Shown here one piece after another: positions 38,029 to 47,223 of a DNA stretch of 64,000 nucleotides. Every line of letters starts with the position of its first letter. Within the stretch, counting starts at the first letter, position 1. Location: assembly GCA_963772705.1 (NCBI GenBank), contig CAVYYH010000011.1, forward strand, positions 2,384-66,383. Reading direction: 5' to 3'. Source of the DNA: an uncultured Bacteroidales bacterium. Its GTDB lineage: Bacteria > Bacteroidota > Bacteroidia > Bacteroidales > VadinHA17. The position numbers were made by a program, and so were the translations under genes. The notes beneath the pieces are model-generated. The model was not told the origin of the DNA and searched no databases. It saw only the letters and a program-made list of their open reading frames with translations.

Positions 38029-39185
38029 TTACGATTTCAGGATTTGCAGCCAGGTGGATAGCTGCTGTCGCGGTCTTCATACTGGCTGTTTCCGGCCGGC
38101 CGCTGTCAGCACAGGAGCTCTCTGCGGGGCTTACACATGAAATTGACAGCCTTTACCATGACTTTTCAGCAATGAATCATCTGCCCGGAGCCGCGGTTCT
38201 TGTCATGAAGGGTGACAGCATCACATATCTGAAGTGCTTCGGCCTTGCCGACATGGTGACCGGGGTGAAGATAACTGCGAATACTCTCTTCAACCTCGGC
38301 TCAATCTCAAAGACTTTCGTGGCCAACGGGATACTGATACTGCAGGAGGAAGGGAAACTGTCGGTTGATGACCCGGTGAGCAAATATTTTCCCGGGTTTA
38401 AAAGCAGGGAAATAGCTGACAGGGTAACGGTGATGCACCTGCTGACCCACACATCTGGATTGCCTGACAACAGACCGGTGAGCGAGAACAGGGAGTTTTT
38501 CATCACTGCAAAGGATTATGAGAACTGGGCCCCCGTGATGCAGGCAGAGAGCCTGGTTTTTGAACCCGGCTCGGGTTATGAGTATTCCAATCCTGCGTTC
38601 AACGGCCTGGCGCTGATAATAGAGCAGGTCAGCGGACAAAAGTGGCAGGATTTCATTGCTGAAAGGATTTTCAGGCCGGCAGGTATGGTTACAAGCACAA
38701 TTACTGACGGACCTCACCCCGAAACAGGCGTGGCACACGCATATGAGATGGCAGACGGAAAGTGGACAGAGTCTGACTACGGTGAGTTTCCTACTTTCGC
38801 AGCCGCTGGCAACGGAGGCGTCTGGAGCTCAGTTACTGAACTTGCAATGTATGAAAAGGCCATCCGGCATAATGCATTCCTGGGCAGAGAATTAACCGAT
38901 GAATCAAGATCAGTCTGTCGTCCTGAAAACTGGGCTGCCGATGAAGAACCGTTTATCGGTTACAGCTGGTTTATAGGTGAAGATCAGTTCCTGGATGAAA
39001 AGAATAATTTCAGCGTCAGGTTCATCTACCATACGGGTGATCAGGGTGGATTCAGGGCATTCTATGTCTCAATCCCTGAAAAGGATATCCTTTATATCGG
39101 CCTCTTTAACAGGCCGCCTGAGGACCTCAATAAATTAATCATCGGAGGGATCTCCCTTTTTGAAAAGAACAACTGGATTGAATAA
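38025..39185 (+). CDS. serine hydrolase (class C beta-lactamase/D-aminopeptidase-like fold)
   Basis: SxxK motif GSISKTF, YSNPAF. Signal peptide. The start overlaps the previous stop. Confidence 0.75.
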   Translation: MITISGFAARWIAAVAVFILAVSGRPLSAQELSAGLTHEIDSLYHDFSAMNHLPGAAVLVMKGDSITYLKCFGLADMVTGVKITANTLFNLGSISKTFVANGILILQEEGKLSVDDPVSKYFPGFKSREIADRVTVMHLLTHTSGLPDNRPVSENREFFITAKDYENWAPVMQAESLVFEPGSGYEYSNPAFNGLALIIEQVSGQKWQDFIAERIFRPAGMVTSTITDGPHPETGVAHAYEMADGKWTESDYGEFPTFAAAGNGGVWSSVTELAMYEKAIRHNAFLGRELTDESRSVCRPENWAADEEPFIGYSWFIGEDQFLDEKNNFSVRFIYHTGDQGGFRAFYVSIPEKDILYIGLFNRPPEDLNKLIIGGISLFEKNNWIE

Positions 39186-39207
39186 TTGTATCGCAGTAAC
39201 TAAGAAA

Positions 39208-41262
39208 ATGAAGAATAAGTGGCAATATACTCGCCGGAGCCCCCTTGTTAAAGTTCTGACCCTGATTTCCCTGGTGCTCATTACAGGATGCATAAGCCGT
39301 GATAAGATCTCATTTGAGGCGCAGGGGGTAAAAATTTCGTTGGACGATAGAGGAAGAATAAGTGAACTTATCAACACGCGAACAGGGATAAACTATCTGA
39401 ATGCTGATACTATTTCATATTTCTTCTCTGTGATCTCAGAAGGGACCAGGCATAATCCTGCATCTGCAATTTATAACAGGAAGAAGGGCGTTCTGAGTCT
39501 GAGTTTTGAAAACCCTGACGCCCAGGTTGACGTACAGGTTACAAATAAAGAGACTCATATAACTTTTCATGTGACAAGGGCTGAGCCAGCCGGAAAGATC
39601 GACGGAATAGCCTGGGGGCCGATATACACTTCGATCTCAAAAACAATAGGAGAAGCAGTTGGAGTGGTGAGGGATGACAATGTTGCTGTCGGTATGCTGG
39701 TATTGAACCCTAAGACGCTCGGCGGATTTTTCAATGAGAACGGTTTGAGTGAAGACAGAGGATCTCTCGCCTGGCCTTTCAGGTCGGGCAGCAGCATGCA
39801 GGCATACTCCCTCAACCGTGACAGAGAGAGGCAGGTCTATGCGATGTGGCATGATGACATACCTGTGAAACCGCTTAAGGGAGAGACGGTGACGGGCAGC
39901 AGCATTGCCCTCTTCTCATGTGACGAACCTGAAGTCCTCGACATAATTGAACAGATAGTCATTGCAGAGGGTCTGCCCCACCCTACCTACAAGGGCGTCT
40001 GGACCAAAAAGGCATTTCTCCGCAGCCCCTCCTACCTGATCTCTGATTTCCGTGAATCAGACATTGATGAAGTTATCGGTTACACTGTCAGAGGCGGCTT
40101 CTTCTCCGTCTACCATGAGGGACCTTTCAAAACATGGGGGCACTATGAATTAGACACAGCAATCTTCCCCGGGGGAATCGAAGGGATAAGGAGGTGCGTA
40201 GAGAAAGCCGGTGCAGCAGGGCTGAATTTCGGTGTCCATACACTCACCAACTTCATAAATACGAATGATCCGTATGTTTCGCCAGTTCCCGACCGGAGAC
40301 TTGCCCATACCGGCTACGGATTGCTGGCTCGGGATATCTCTGCCACTGATACTGAGATTGAGGTCTCTACGGAAAAATACTTCAGCCAGAAGAAGGAGAA
40401 CAACCTTCATGCTGTCATGATAGGGGCTGAAATTATAGTGTACAATGATGTTTCCTCCGCGGAACCGTATATACTTTCCGGTTGCCGGCGTGGTGCCTTC
40501 GGAACTGAAGCCTGCGACCATTCTGGAAACGACACTGTAAGGAAGCTGATCGATCATGGCTACAAGGTTTTTTTTCCTGATATTGAGTTGCAGAGAGAGA
40601 TTGCAGTCAGCCTTGGAGAGTTCTTTAACAAGACCGGAATAAACCATCTCGATTTTGACGGTTATGAGGGGAGCCAGGCTTCGGGTGAAGGTGATTTCGC
40701 GCAGAGCCTCTTTGCCGAAGACTTTTACAGGACACTTGACCATGAATTTGTAAACGGCACAAGCCGTTCTCTTCCTTACTACTGGTATATCAACACGCTT
40801 TGCAACTGGGGCGAACCGTGGTACGGAGGATTCACCGAGAGCATGCAGGAATACAGGATAAGCAACCAGACCTTTCTCTCAAGGAATTATTATCCCAATA
40901 TGCTTGGATGGTACATGCTCACTGCAACCACTACCATGGAAGAGATGGAATGGATGCTTGCCAGGTCAGCCGGCTATGATGCGGGTTTTGCAATGGTTGT
41001 GAGGATGAATGCCGCAAGAAGCAATCCAATCACCGGCCAGCTCCTTGATGTTATAAGGGAGTGGGAGAAGGCCAGGCTGGCAGGTGCCTTTACGGCTGAT
41101 CAGAGGGAAAGGCTTAAGGATCCGAAGAGATTGTTTCATCTTGAGAAGATAAATGAAAATGAATGGAACCTGTATGAGGCGGCGACAAACGCTCCTTCGG
41201 CGGAACAGGAACAGAGCAGGGCATTCAGCAAGCCGGAAAGGATAACTCTGCCCGAACAATAA
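39208..41262 (+). CDS. large lipoprotein of unknown function
   Basis: MKNKWQ...LVLITGC lipobox, 684 aa, no motif I can assign. ATG 39208 is preferred over the overlapping ORF-track start 39160. Confidence 0.55.
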   Translation: MKNKWQYTRRSPLVKVLTLISLVLITGCISRDKISFEAQGVKISLDDRGRISELINTRTGINYLNADTISYFFSVISEGTRHNPASAIYNRKKGVLSLSFENPDAQVDVQVTNKETHITFHVTRAEPAGKIDGIAWGPIYTSISKTIGEAVGVVRDDNVAVGMLVLNPKTLGGFFNENGLSEDRGSLAWPFRSGSSMQAYSLNRDRERQVYAMWHDDIPVKPLKGETVTGSSIALFSCDEPEVLDIIEQIVIAEGLPHPTYKGVWTKKAFLRSPSYLISDFRESDIDEVIGYTVRGGFFSVYHEGPFKTWGHYELDTAIFPGGIEGIRRCVEKAGAAGLNFGVHTLTNFINTNDPYVSPVPDRRLAHTGYGLLARDISATDTEIEVSTEKYFSQKKENNLHAVMIGAEIIVYNDVSSAEPYILSGCRRGAFGTEACDHSGNDTVRKLIDHGYKVFFPDIELQREIAVSLGEFFNKTGINHLDFDGYEGSQASGEGDFAQSLFAEDFYRTLDHEFVNGTSRSLPYYWYINTLCNWGEPWYGGFTESMQEYRISNQTFLSRNYYPNMLGWYMLTATTTMEEMEWMLARSAGYDAGFAMVVRMNAARSNPITGQLLDVIREWEKARLAGAFTADQRERLKDPKRLFHLEKINENEWNLYEAATNAPSAEQEQSRAFSKPERITLPEQ

Positions 41263-41268
41263 AGACCT

Positions 41269-42615
41269 ATGTTTGAATGGCTTAGACACTGGCAATTAGG
41301 TAACCGGTACGGTTACGAGGTGCTCTTCAGGGGTCACGACCGCCGTCCGAAGGGTAAGGTTGGAATTATCATGGCAGACCTGGGAATGCCTGAAGATTAT
41401 CAGCCCGGGTTTTACATAGATTTTATGGATCATGTCTTTGATTACTCCCTCCCATTTTTTCTTCACAAAATTGTGCTGGCTGACAGGGGCATAGCCCTGA
41501 TAGACCCGGGAAATCCCCTTGCGCGGGAATCGTTCGTGCCGCAGAGGCTGGTTGATATGCATGGGTCAGCTGCCAACCGCAGAGGAGAGCTATACGTTGA
41601 CTGCAAGGTTGAATGGCGACCGCCGGGGATGAAAAGGAATCCCTGGGACCATGGTTACTTCCTGTATAAAGGTGACGGCAAGGGAGGTGCCCCTGATGTA
41701 TGCCAGAAGAGTGCTGCCAAGATTGCCGGCTGGTATTTCGGCCGTCTGATCCCTGAAAAAAGAGTCGCATGGGCTCATCAGTGCAGAAAGGTATATGAAG
41801 AAACTGTCACCCTGCTGAGAAAAGAATTTGCTGATGTTGAATTCCGGCATGCCAGGTACATTGACGAAAACTCGTTGAGGCAGGCTGTGGAAGAGTTGCT
41901 GGCTGCAGGCTGTGAAACAATTATTTACCAGTGCTACAGCAACCCCGTTTTCAGCGACTTTGAAGATTATGCGCTGGCTATGCCCAGGGTACACCGCCTT
42001 GTTAACGGCCGCGCCAAGCTGATTTTTGGAGATCAGCCAGGCAACCAGCCTGCATTGCGTGAAGCCTATGTTCACATGGTTCGTGACCAGCTCAGACAAT
42101 TACCTGCTGACAGCTCCGTGCTGCTTGTACTTTCAAAACACGGCAATCCATTCAAACATGACACACTGAACAAACGGGCACATGAGTACAGGCAGCCCCT
42201 TGAAGAGAAGATGAGGGAGGCAATGAATGAGTGGGGCGGAAAGTGGCAGCTCACCTGGAGCGATGATGAATATGCTGACCATTACTGGGACCCCCGCAGA
42301 ACAAAGTTTTCAACCCTGGATGCATTCAGAAAGGCAATAACCGAAAGATATGACTATGCACTGGAAGTGCCGACAGACTTCATTGCCGAGAACACTGACC
42401 TGATGATATTCCATGCCATGAAGAAATATACCATCTTCAGCGACTATGACATGCATGCTCCCATCCCCTATCCCGACTGGGAGAAGCCTCTTATCCGAAC
42501 CTTCAGGGAAGGGAAGACGACGGCCATTTACGTAGGTTGTCCGGTGGGGCCTTACAGAAAATATGTCGCAGAAGCTGCGGCAGCATCTATTGCAGATATA
42601 CTTGTAAACAAATAA
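41269..42615 (+). CDS. cytoplasmic ferrochelatase-like (class II chelatase fold) protein
   Basis: GKVGIIMADLGMPEDY and LLVLSKHGNPF resemble the two ferrochelatase signature regions. No signal peptide. Tentative call. Confidence 0.4.
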   Translation: MFEWLRHWQLGNRYGYEVLFRGHDRRPKGKVGIIMADLGMPEDYQPGFYIDFMDHVFDYSLPFFLHKIVLADRGIALIDPGNPLARESFVPQRLVDMHGSAANRRGELYVDCKVEWRPPGMKRNPWDHGYFLYKGDGKGGAPDVCQKSAAKIAGWYFGRLIPEKRVAWAHQCRKVYEETVTLLRKEFADVEFRHARYIDENSLRQAVEELLAAGCETIIYQCYSNPVFSDFEDYALAMPRVHRLVNGRAKLIFGDQPGNQPALREAYVHMVRDQLRQLPADSSVLLVLSKHGNPFKHDTLNKRAHEYRQPLEEKMREAMNEWGGKWQLTWSDDEYADHYWDPRRTKFSTLDAFRKAITERYDYALEVPTDFIAENTDLMIFHAMKKYTIFSDYDMHAPIPYPDWEKPLIRTFREGKTTAIYVGCPVGPYRKYVAEAAAASIADILVNK

Positions 42616-42623
42616 GAGTTCTA

Positions 42624-43454
42624 ATGAGACATTACCACCTGTTATTCCCGGTTCTTCTGGCATACTGTCTGCTCATGGTGCAGTCGTGTGAGGATTCTGA
42701 TCCCCGATCAGAAATTGACTGGGATAATCAGCGCATCGCCAGCGGTATAGTACTGAAATCGGCAGTGACCAATTACCTTGAATCATTTCAGGCAATTTAT
42801 GTTTTAAAGATAGACCCTGATAAAGCTGATTTCGAGTTTTGTGTGGGAGTGCCGGGCGGACGCGTATTGACCAGCACCTTTGCTGACAGTTGCGGAGCCG
42901 TGGCGGCAATAAACGGGACATTTTTCAATATGGCCGAGGGGTACAATACGCATTATATAAGCATCAAAGACAGTGTAATATCAACAACGGCAGAAGGTGA
43001 GTTTAATTTCCGGGCAACAGGGGTCTTCTCTGCAACGGGTGAGGAGGTAGAAATTACCTACTGGACCAGGGACAAGGAAAACAAAGGTGCAGCGGAGGAT
43101 GATTATGCAATGGTCAGCGGGCCTCTGCTGATAGCCGATAATATAGACGTTACCCTGGCAGACATACCATTCAACACAGCGAGGCACCCGCGATCTTTCG
43201 TTGCCATAACGGCAAAAGGAGATATCCTGCTCGTTGCCGTTGACGGACGACAGCCCGGATATGCAGAGGGGATGAACCTTACTGAACTGAGGGAGTTGGC
43301 GCACATGCTCGATTGTGTTGATGCCCTCAATCTTGACGGTGGCGGGTCAACAACGCTCTTTGTCAGCGGTCAGGGGCAGACAGGTGTGGTGAACAAACCT
43401 TCGGGCGGGGTGGAGAGAGCTGTGGCAAGCATGTTATACGTGATGAAAAATTAA
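42624..43454 (+). CDS. phosphodiester glycosidase (DUF2233/NAGPA-like) lipoprotein
   Basis: Lipobox VQSC, AINGTFF, LNLDGGGSTTL. ATG 42624 is preferred over the ORF-track start 42537. Confidence 0.75.
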   Translation: MRHYHLLFPVLLAYCLLMVQSCEDSDPRSEIDWDNQRIASGIVLKSAVTNYLESFQAIYVLKIDPDKADFEFCVGVPGGRVLTSTFADSCGAVAAINGTFFNMAEGYNTHYISIKDSVISTTAEGEFNFRATGVFSATGEEVEITYWTRDKENKGAAEDDYAMVSGPLLIADNIDVTLADIPFNTARHPRSFVAITAKGDILLVAVDGRQPGYAEGMNLTELRELAHMLDCVDALNLDGGGSTTLFVSGQGQTGVVNKPSGGVERAVASMLYVMKN

Positions 43455-43504
43455 CAAAGCAGCCGGGCGGTTGTTAAAAAGACATAACCAGAAAACAAGA
43501 GAAT

Positions 43505-44086
43505 ATGAGCTTTACACTTGAACCAGGGCATAAAGCCATCGACTTCAGGCTGCCCTCGACAGAAGGGAGGGAATACAGCCTCTCAGACTTCAAAGATTAC
43601 CCTTTCCTGGTGATCTTCTTTACATGCAATCACTGTCCTTATGTAATCGGATCAGATGAGGTAACGCGTGCAACTGCAGAGAAATACAGCAGCTCCGGCG
43701 TTACTTTTGTCGGAATAAACTCCAACAGTGAAAACACCTACCCTGAAGACAGTTTTCCGAACATGGTCGAAAGGATGAAGAAGCATAAGTTCCCGTGGAA
43801 ATACCTGTATGACAGGGATCAGTCAGTTGCCATGAAATACGGGGCCCTCAGGACTCCTCATTTCTATGTCTTCAACGAGAAGAGGGAGCTCGTGTACACC
43901 GGAAGAGGCGTTGACTCACCCCGTGACACATCAAGGATGACAATCAACAATCTGGACATTGTACTCGGGGAGCTGACCTCCGGCAAGCCTGTCACCGTAG
44001 CTAAGACAAATCCCATTGGCTGCAACGTCAAATGGGAAGGAAAGGATGCACACTGGATGCCGCCCGAAGCATGTGACCTGGTCTGA
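43505..44086 (+). CDS. thioredoxin-fold (AhpC/TSA-like) protein
   Basis: [10 protein letters not shown] redox motif. 193 aa. Confidence 0.65.
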   Translation: MSFTLEPGHKAIDFRLPSTEGREYSLSDFKDYPFLVIFFTCNHCPYVIGSDEVTRATAEKYSSSGVTFVGINSNSENTYPEDSFPNMVERMKKHKFPWKYLYDRDQSVAMKYGALRTPHFYVFNEKRELVYTGRGVDSPRDTSRMTINNLDIVLGELTSGKPVTVAKTNPIGCNVKWEGKDAHWMPPEACDLV

Positions 44087-44128
44087 TTGATTTATCCTTC
44101 TGGTAAACCGTTATACCCGGATAGAAAT

Positions 44129-44677
44129 ATGGACAAAATCATCCTTTTCATTCTGCTTACCATTCCCATCATAATTATCTCCCGGAGGGCTCTCTTTGAC
44201 TTCCGGAGTCATGGATTCTACAGGTTCTTCAGCTGGGAGGGCATTATCCTGCTCTTTACCCTGAATTACAGCTACTGGTTTAAAAACCCGTTCTCATGGC
44301 AACAGATTGCCTCCTGGCTGTTTCTGGTAGTATCAGCATACCTGGTGACAACAGGTGTGATAACGCTCAGAAAAAGAGGGATACCGGCAGACCATCGAGA
44401 GGATCCTGCTCTTTTTCAGTTTGAAAAGACATCTGAGCTTGTCACGACCGGTATCTTCAGGTACATACGACATCCGCTATACTCTTCGCTTCTCTTCCTC
44501 ACATGGGGAATCTGGCTTAAGAACCCCAATATACCAGGGATCTTTATTGCCCTTGCCTCGTCAGCTCTGCTGTTTCTCACAGCAAAAGCTGATGAGACTG
44601 AATGTGTTGCCTTTTTCGGGGAAAAGTACAGTGATTATATGAGCCGGACAAAGATGTTCATCCCGTTTCTCTTCTGA
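44129..44677 (+). CDS. ICMT/phospholipid-methyltransferase-family membrane protein
   Basis: RHPLYSS motif, multi-TM, ADETECVAFFGEKY C-terminal region. Confidence 0.6.
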   Translation: MDKIILFILLTIPIIIISRRALFDFRSHGFYRFFSWEGIILLFTLNYSYWFKNPFSWQQIASWLFLVVSAYLVTTGVITLRKRGIPADHREDPALFQFEKTSELVTTGIFRYIRHPLYSSLLFLTWGIWLKNPNIPGIFIALASSALLFLTAKADETECVAFFGEKYSDYMSRTKMFIPFLF

Positions 44678-44718
44678 AATATTTAAGATCATTACCTTCG
44701 GTATTTAAAGGAAATAAT

Positions 44719-45639
44719 ATGGCAATCCCAACATCACGCACAGCAGAGCCTGGCATAATCACGATAGATGAAGAGAAATGCACTGGCTGCGGGCTGTGCA
44801 TCTCTGTGTGCAAGGATTTCTCCATAGTGATGGAGAATGGCAAGGCAAAGGCCGGCAAGAATCCCGTTTTCGGCTGCATAGCATGCGGACACTGCATGGC
44901 TGTCTGTCCTGAGGGCGCCATCAGCGTGAACGGCAGAACCTTGTCACCTGACGACCTCTTTGACCTCCCTCCGAAAGAAGCAGCAGCAGACTATGGTCAG
45001 CTTCTGTCACTGCTGCAGAGAAGAAGAAGCATCAGGGAGTTCACCGACAGAGAGGTGGAACCGGAGAAGGTTAATCTAATACTGGATGCAGCAAGGACCG
45101 CCCCAATGGGACTGCCTCCTTCGGACGTGAATGTGCTGGTCTTCGGCAGCAAGGCAGCCAACAGGGCCTTCGCTGAGGATTTCTGCAAACATCTTGAGGG
45201 GATGAGGTGGTTTGTCTCAGACTGGTTCCTGGCTATTATGAGACCCTTCTGGGGGAAGGCCAACGATGAGCTCTTCAGGGGTTTTGTCAGACCCTGCCTT
45301 GAAGTCTATATATCAAGGATGAAGGAGGGTGAGAATGTTGTCACCTATGACGCCCCGCTGGCAATATATTTTTACGGTTCACCATATTGTGACCCGGCTG
45401 ACCCGGTTATTGCCGCAACATACGCCATGATCGCCGGGGAGTCACTCGGCCTTGGAACCTGCATGCTTGGAGCGATCCATCCCTTAATCCAGAACGGTAA
45501 GACGGCCGAAAAGCTGAGGAGCAAATATGGAATTAAATACAAGAGCCGCGAAGGGATATTCGTAATATTCGGATACTCCTCAGTTAAATACAGCAAAGGT
45601 ATCGGGAGAACCTTCGCGTCAGTGAACATCAGCAACTGA
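44719..45639 (+). CDS. nitroreductase-family protein with an N-terminal 2x[4Fe-4S] ferredoxin domain
   Basis: CTGCGLCISVC and CIACGHCMAVCP clusters, then LLQRRRSIREF, typical of nitroreductases. Confidence 0.75.
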   Translation: MAIPTSRTAEPGIITIDEEKCTGCGLCISVCKDFSIVMENGKAKAGKNPVFGCIACGHCMAVCPEGAISVNGRTLSPDDLFDLPPKEAAADYGQLLSLLQRRRSIREFTDREVEPEKVNLILDAARTAPMGLPPSDVNVLVFGSKAANRAFAEDFCKHLEGMRWFVSDWFLAIMRPFWGKANDELFRGFVRPCLEVYISRMKEGENVVTYDAPLAIYFYGSPYCDPADPVIAATYAMIAGESLGLGTCMLGAIHPLIQNGKTAEKLRSKYGIKYKSREGIFVIFGYSSVKYSKGIGRTFASVNISN

Positions 45640-45687
45640 CAGGTGTTACAGAAATAAACCTGCCTGTCCAGAATATAAAAAACACGT

Positions 45688-47109
45688 ATGAAAATACTCC
45701 TTACCGGTGCAACAGGTTATATCGCAAAACGGCTTCTTCCAGTACTGCTGGCTGAAGGTCATGAGGTAGTATGTTGTGTCAGGGACAGAAAGAGGTTTGA
45801 CACAACCAGGTTCGCCTCCGGCAATCTCAAAGTCATAGAGGCGAATTTCCTCAATAAAGACTCATTGGCCAATATACCTGGCGATATTGATGCAGCCTAT
45901 TATCTCATTCATTCAATGTCAGCCTCAACGGGCGACTTTGCTGCAATGGAGCGGACCTCCGCTCTCAATTTCAGGGACAGAATGAATGAAACGGGGATCA
46001 GGCAGGTGATATACCTCAGCGGAATTGTAAACAATGATTCCCTGTCAAAACACCTCTCTTCCCGCAAGACGGTCGAGGATGTTTTGTCATCAGGATCATA
46101 CAATCTGACAGTGCTCAGGGCAGGTATCATTCTCGGCTCAGGCAGTGCTTCGTTTGAGATAATCCGTGATCTGGTGGAGAAACTGCCGGTGATGATTACG
46201 CCAAAGTGGCTAAACACCAGGTCACAGCCCCTAGCAGTACAGAATGTAATTGAATTTCTGAACGGAGTACTGTTGAAGGAAGATACATACGGTAAAAGCT
46301 TCGATATAGGCGGTCCGGATATTTTGACTTACAAAGAGATGCTTCTCAGGTTTGCTAAAGTCAGGAAGCTGAAGCGCAGTATCTTCGTAGTGCCTGTAAT
46401 GACTCCCAGGTTGTCATCCTACTGGCTCTATTTTGTAACCTCAACCTCCTACAAGCTGGCGGTCAACCTCGTTGACAGCATGAAGGTAGAGGTGATCTGC
46501 CGCGAGAATGACCTGCATAAAAGGCTGGGCATCAATCTCATCGGTTTTGAAGATTCAATACGGATGGCATTTGACAGGATTGAGCAGCAGGAAGTATTCT
46601 CAAGCTGGACCGACGCACTCTCCGGCCCCCTGCTTGAAAAAGGTATCTCTGACCTCATCAGGGTTCCTGTTTACGGTTGCCTGTTCGATAAAAGAGTAAG
46701 GCCGATAAGCGATGAGGAAGCAGTACTCAATAAGATATGGGCAATAGGGGGAAAAAACGGATGGTATCATGCCAACTGGCTATGGGGGATGCGCGGTTTC
46801 CTCGATAAACTTTCAGGAGGTGTCGGACTTCGAAGGGGAAGAAGAAACAGCAGCGAAATCTCGCCGGGCGACGCACTCGACTTCTGGAGAGTGATCTATG
46901 CCGACAGGAAAGAGAAGAGGCTTCTGCTTTACGCTGAGATGAAACTCCCCGGAGAAGCATGGCTCGAATTCCGGATCGAAGACAACATGCTTTACCAGAC
47001 TGCAACATTCAGGCCACTGGGTTTATGGGGAAGAGTGTACTGGTATTCTATCGTTCCGCTTCATGCAATTGTCTTCGGAGGAATGATAAAGAAACTGTCA
47101 GAGGGATGA
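45688..47109 (+). CDS. NAD(P)-binding SDR-like domain fused to a DUF2867-like domain
   Basis: MKILLTGATGYIA Rossmann start. The C-terminal third has the DFWRV...LLYAEMKLPGEAWLEF pattern. Confidence 0.65.
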   Translation: MKILLTGATGYIAKRLLPVLLAEGHEVVCCVRDRKRFDTTRFASGNLKVIEANFLNKDSLANIPGDIDAAYYLIHSMSASTGDFAAMERTSALNFRDRMNETGIRQVIYLSGIVNNDSLSKHLSSRKTVEDVLSSGSYNLTVLRAGIILGSGSASFEIIRDLVEKLPVMITPKWLNTRSQPLAVQNVIEFLNGVLLKEDTYGKSFDIGGPDILTYKEMLLRFAKVRKLKRSIFVVPVMTPRLSSYWLYFVTSTSYKLAVNLVDSMKVEVICRENDLHKRLGINLIGFEDSIRMAFDRIEQQEVFSSWTDALSGPLLEKGISDLIRVPVYGCLFDKRVRPISDEEAVLNKIWAIGGKNGWYHANWLWGMRGFLDKLSGGVGLRRGRRNSSEISPGDALDFWRVIYADRKEKRLLLYAEMKLPGEAWLEFRIEDNMLYQTATFRPLGLWGRVYWYSIVPLHAIVFGGMIKKLSEG

Positions 47110-47223
47110 CAGGTCTCAAAAGAATAGTTATTTTTGATTTATTGATGAATAATTGATTTAACCCCTGATCTGAAGATAAAGACAACTTAAGCAAAGGGAA
47201 ATGGTTTAGCCACTGTCAGGACA

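Noticed and set aside
42537-42623. The N-terminal extension of the ORF-track entry 42537-43454; similar upstream extensions at 39160, 62660, 44087, 23929 and 2885
   Set aside because: The extensions overlap the 3' end of the upstream gene or an attC. They precede an internal Met that starts a clear signal peptide or lipobox, so the internal starts are preferred.
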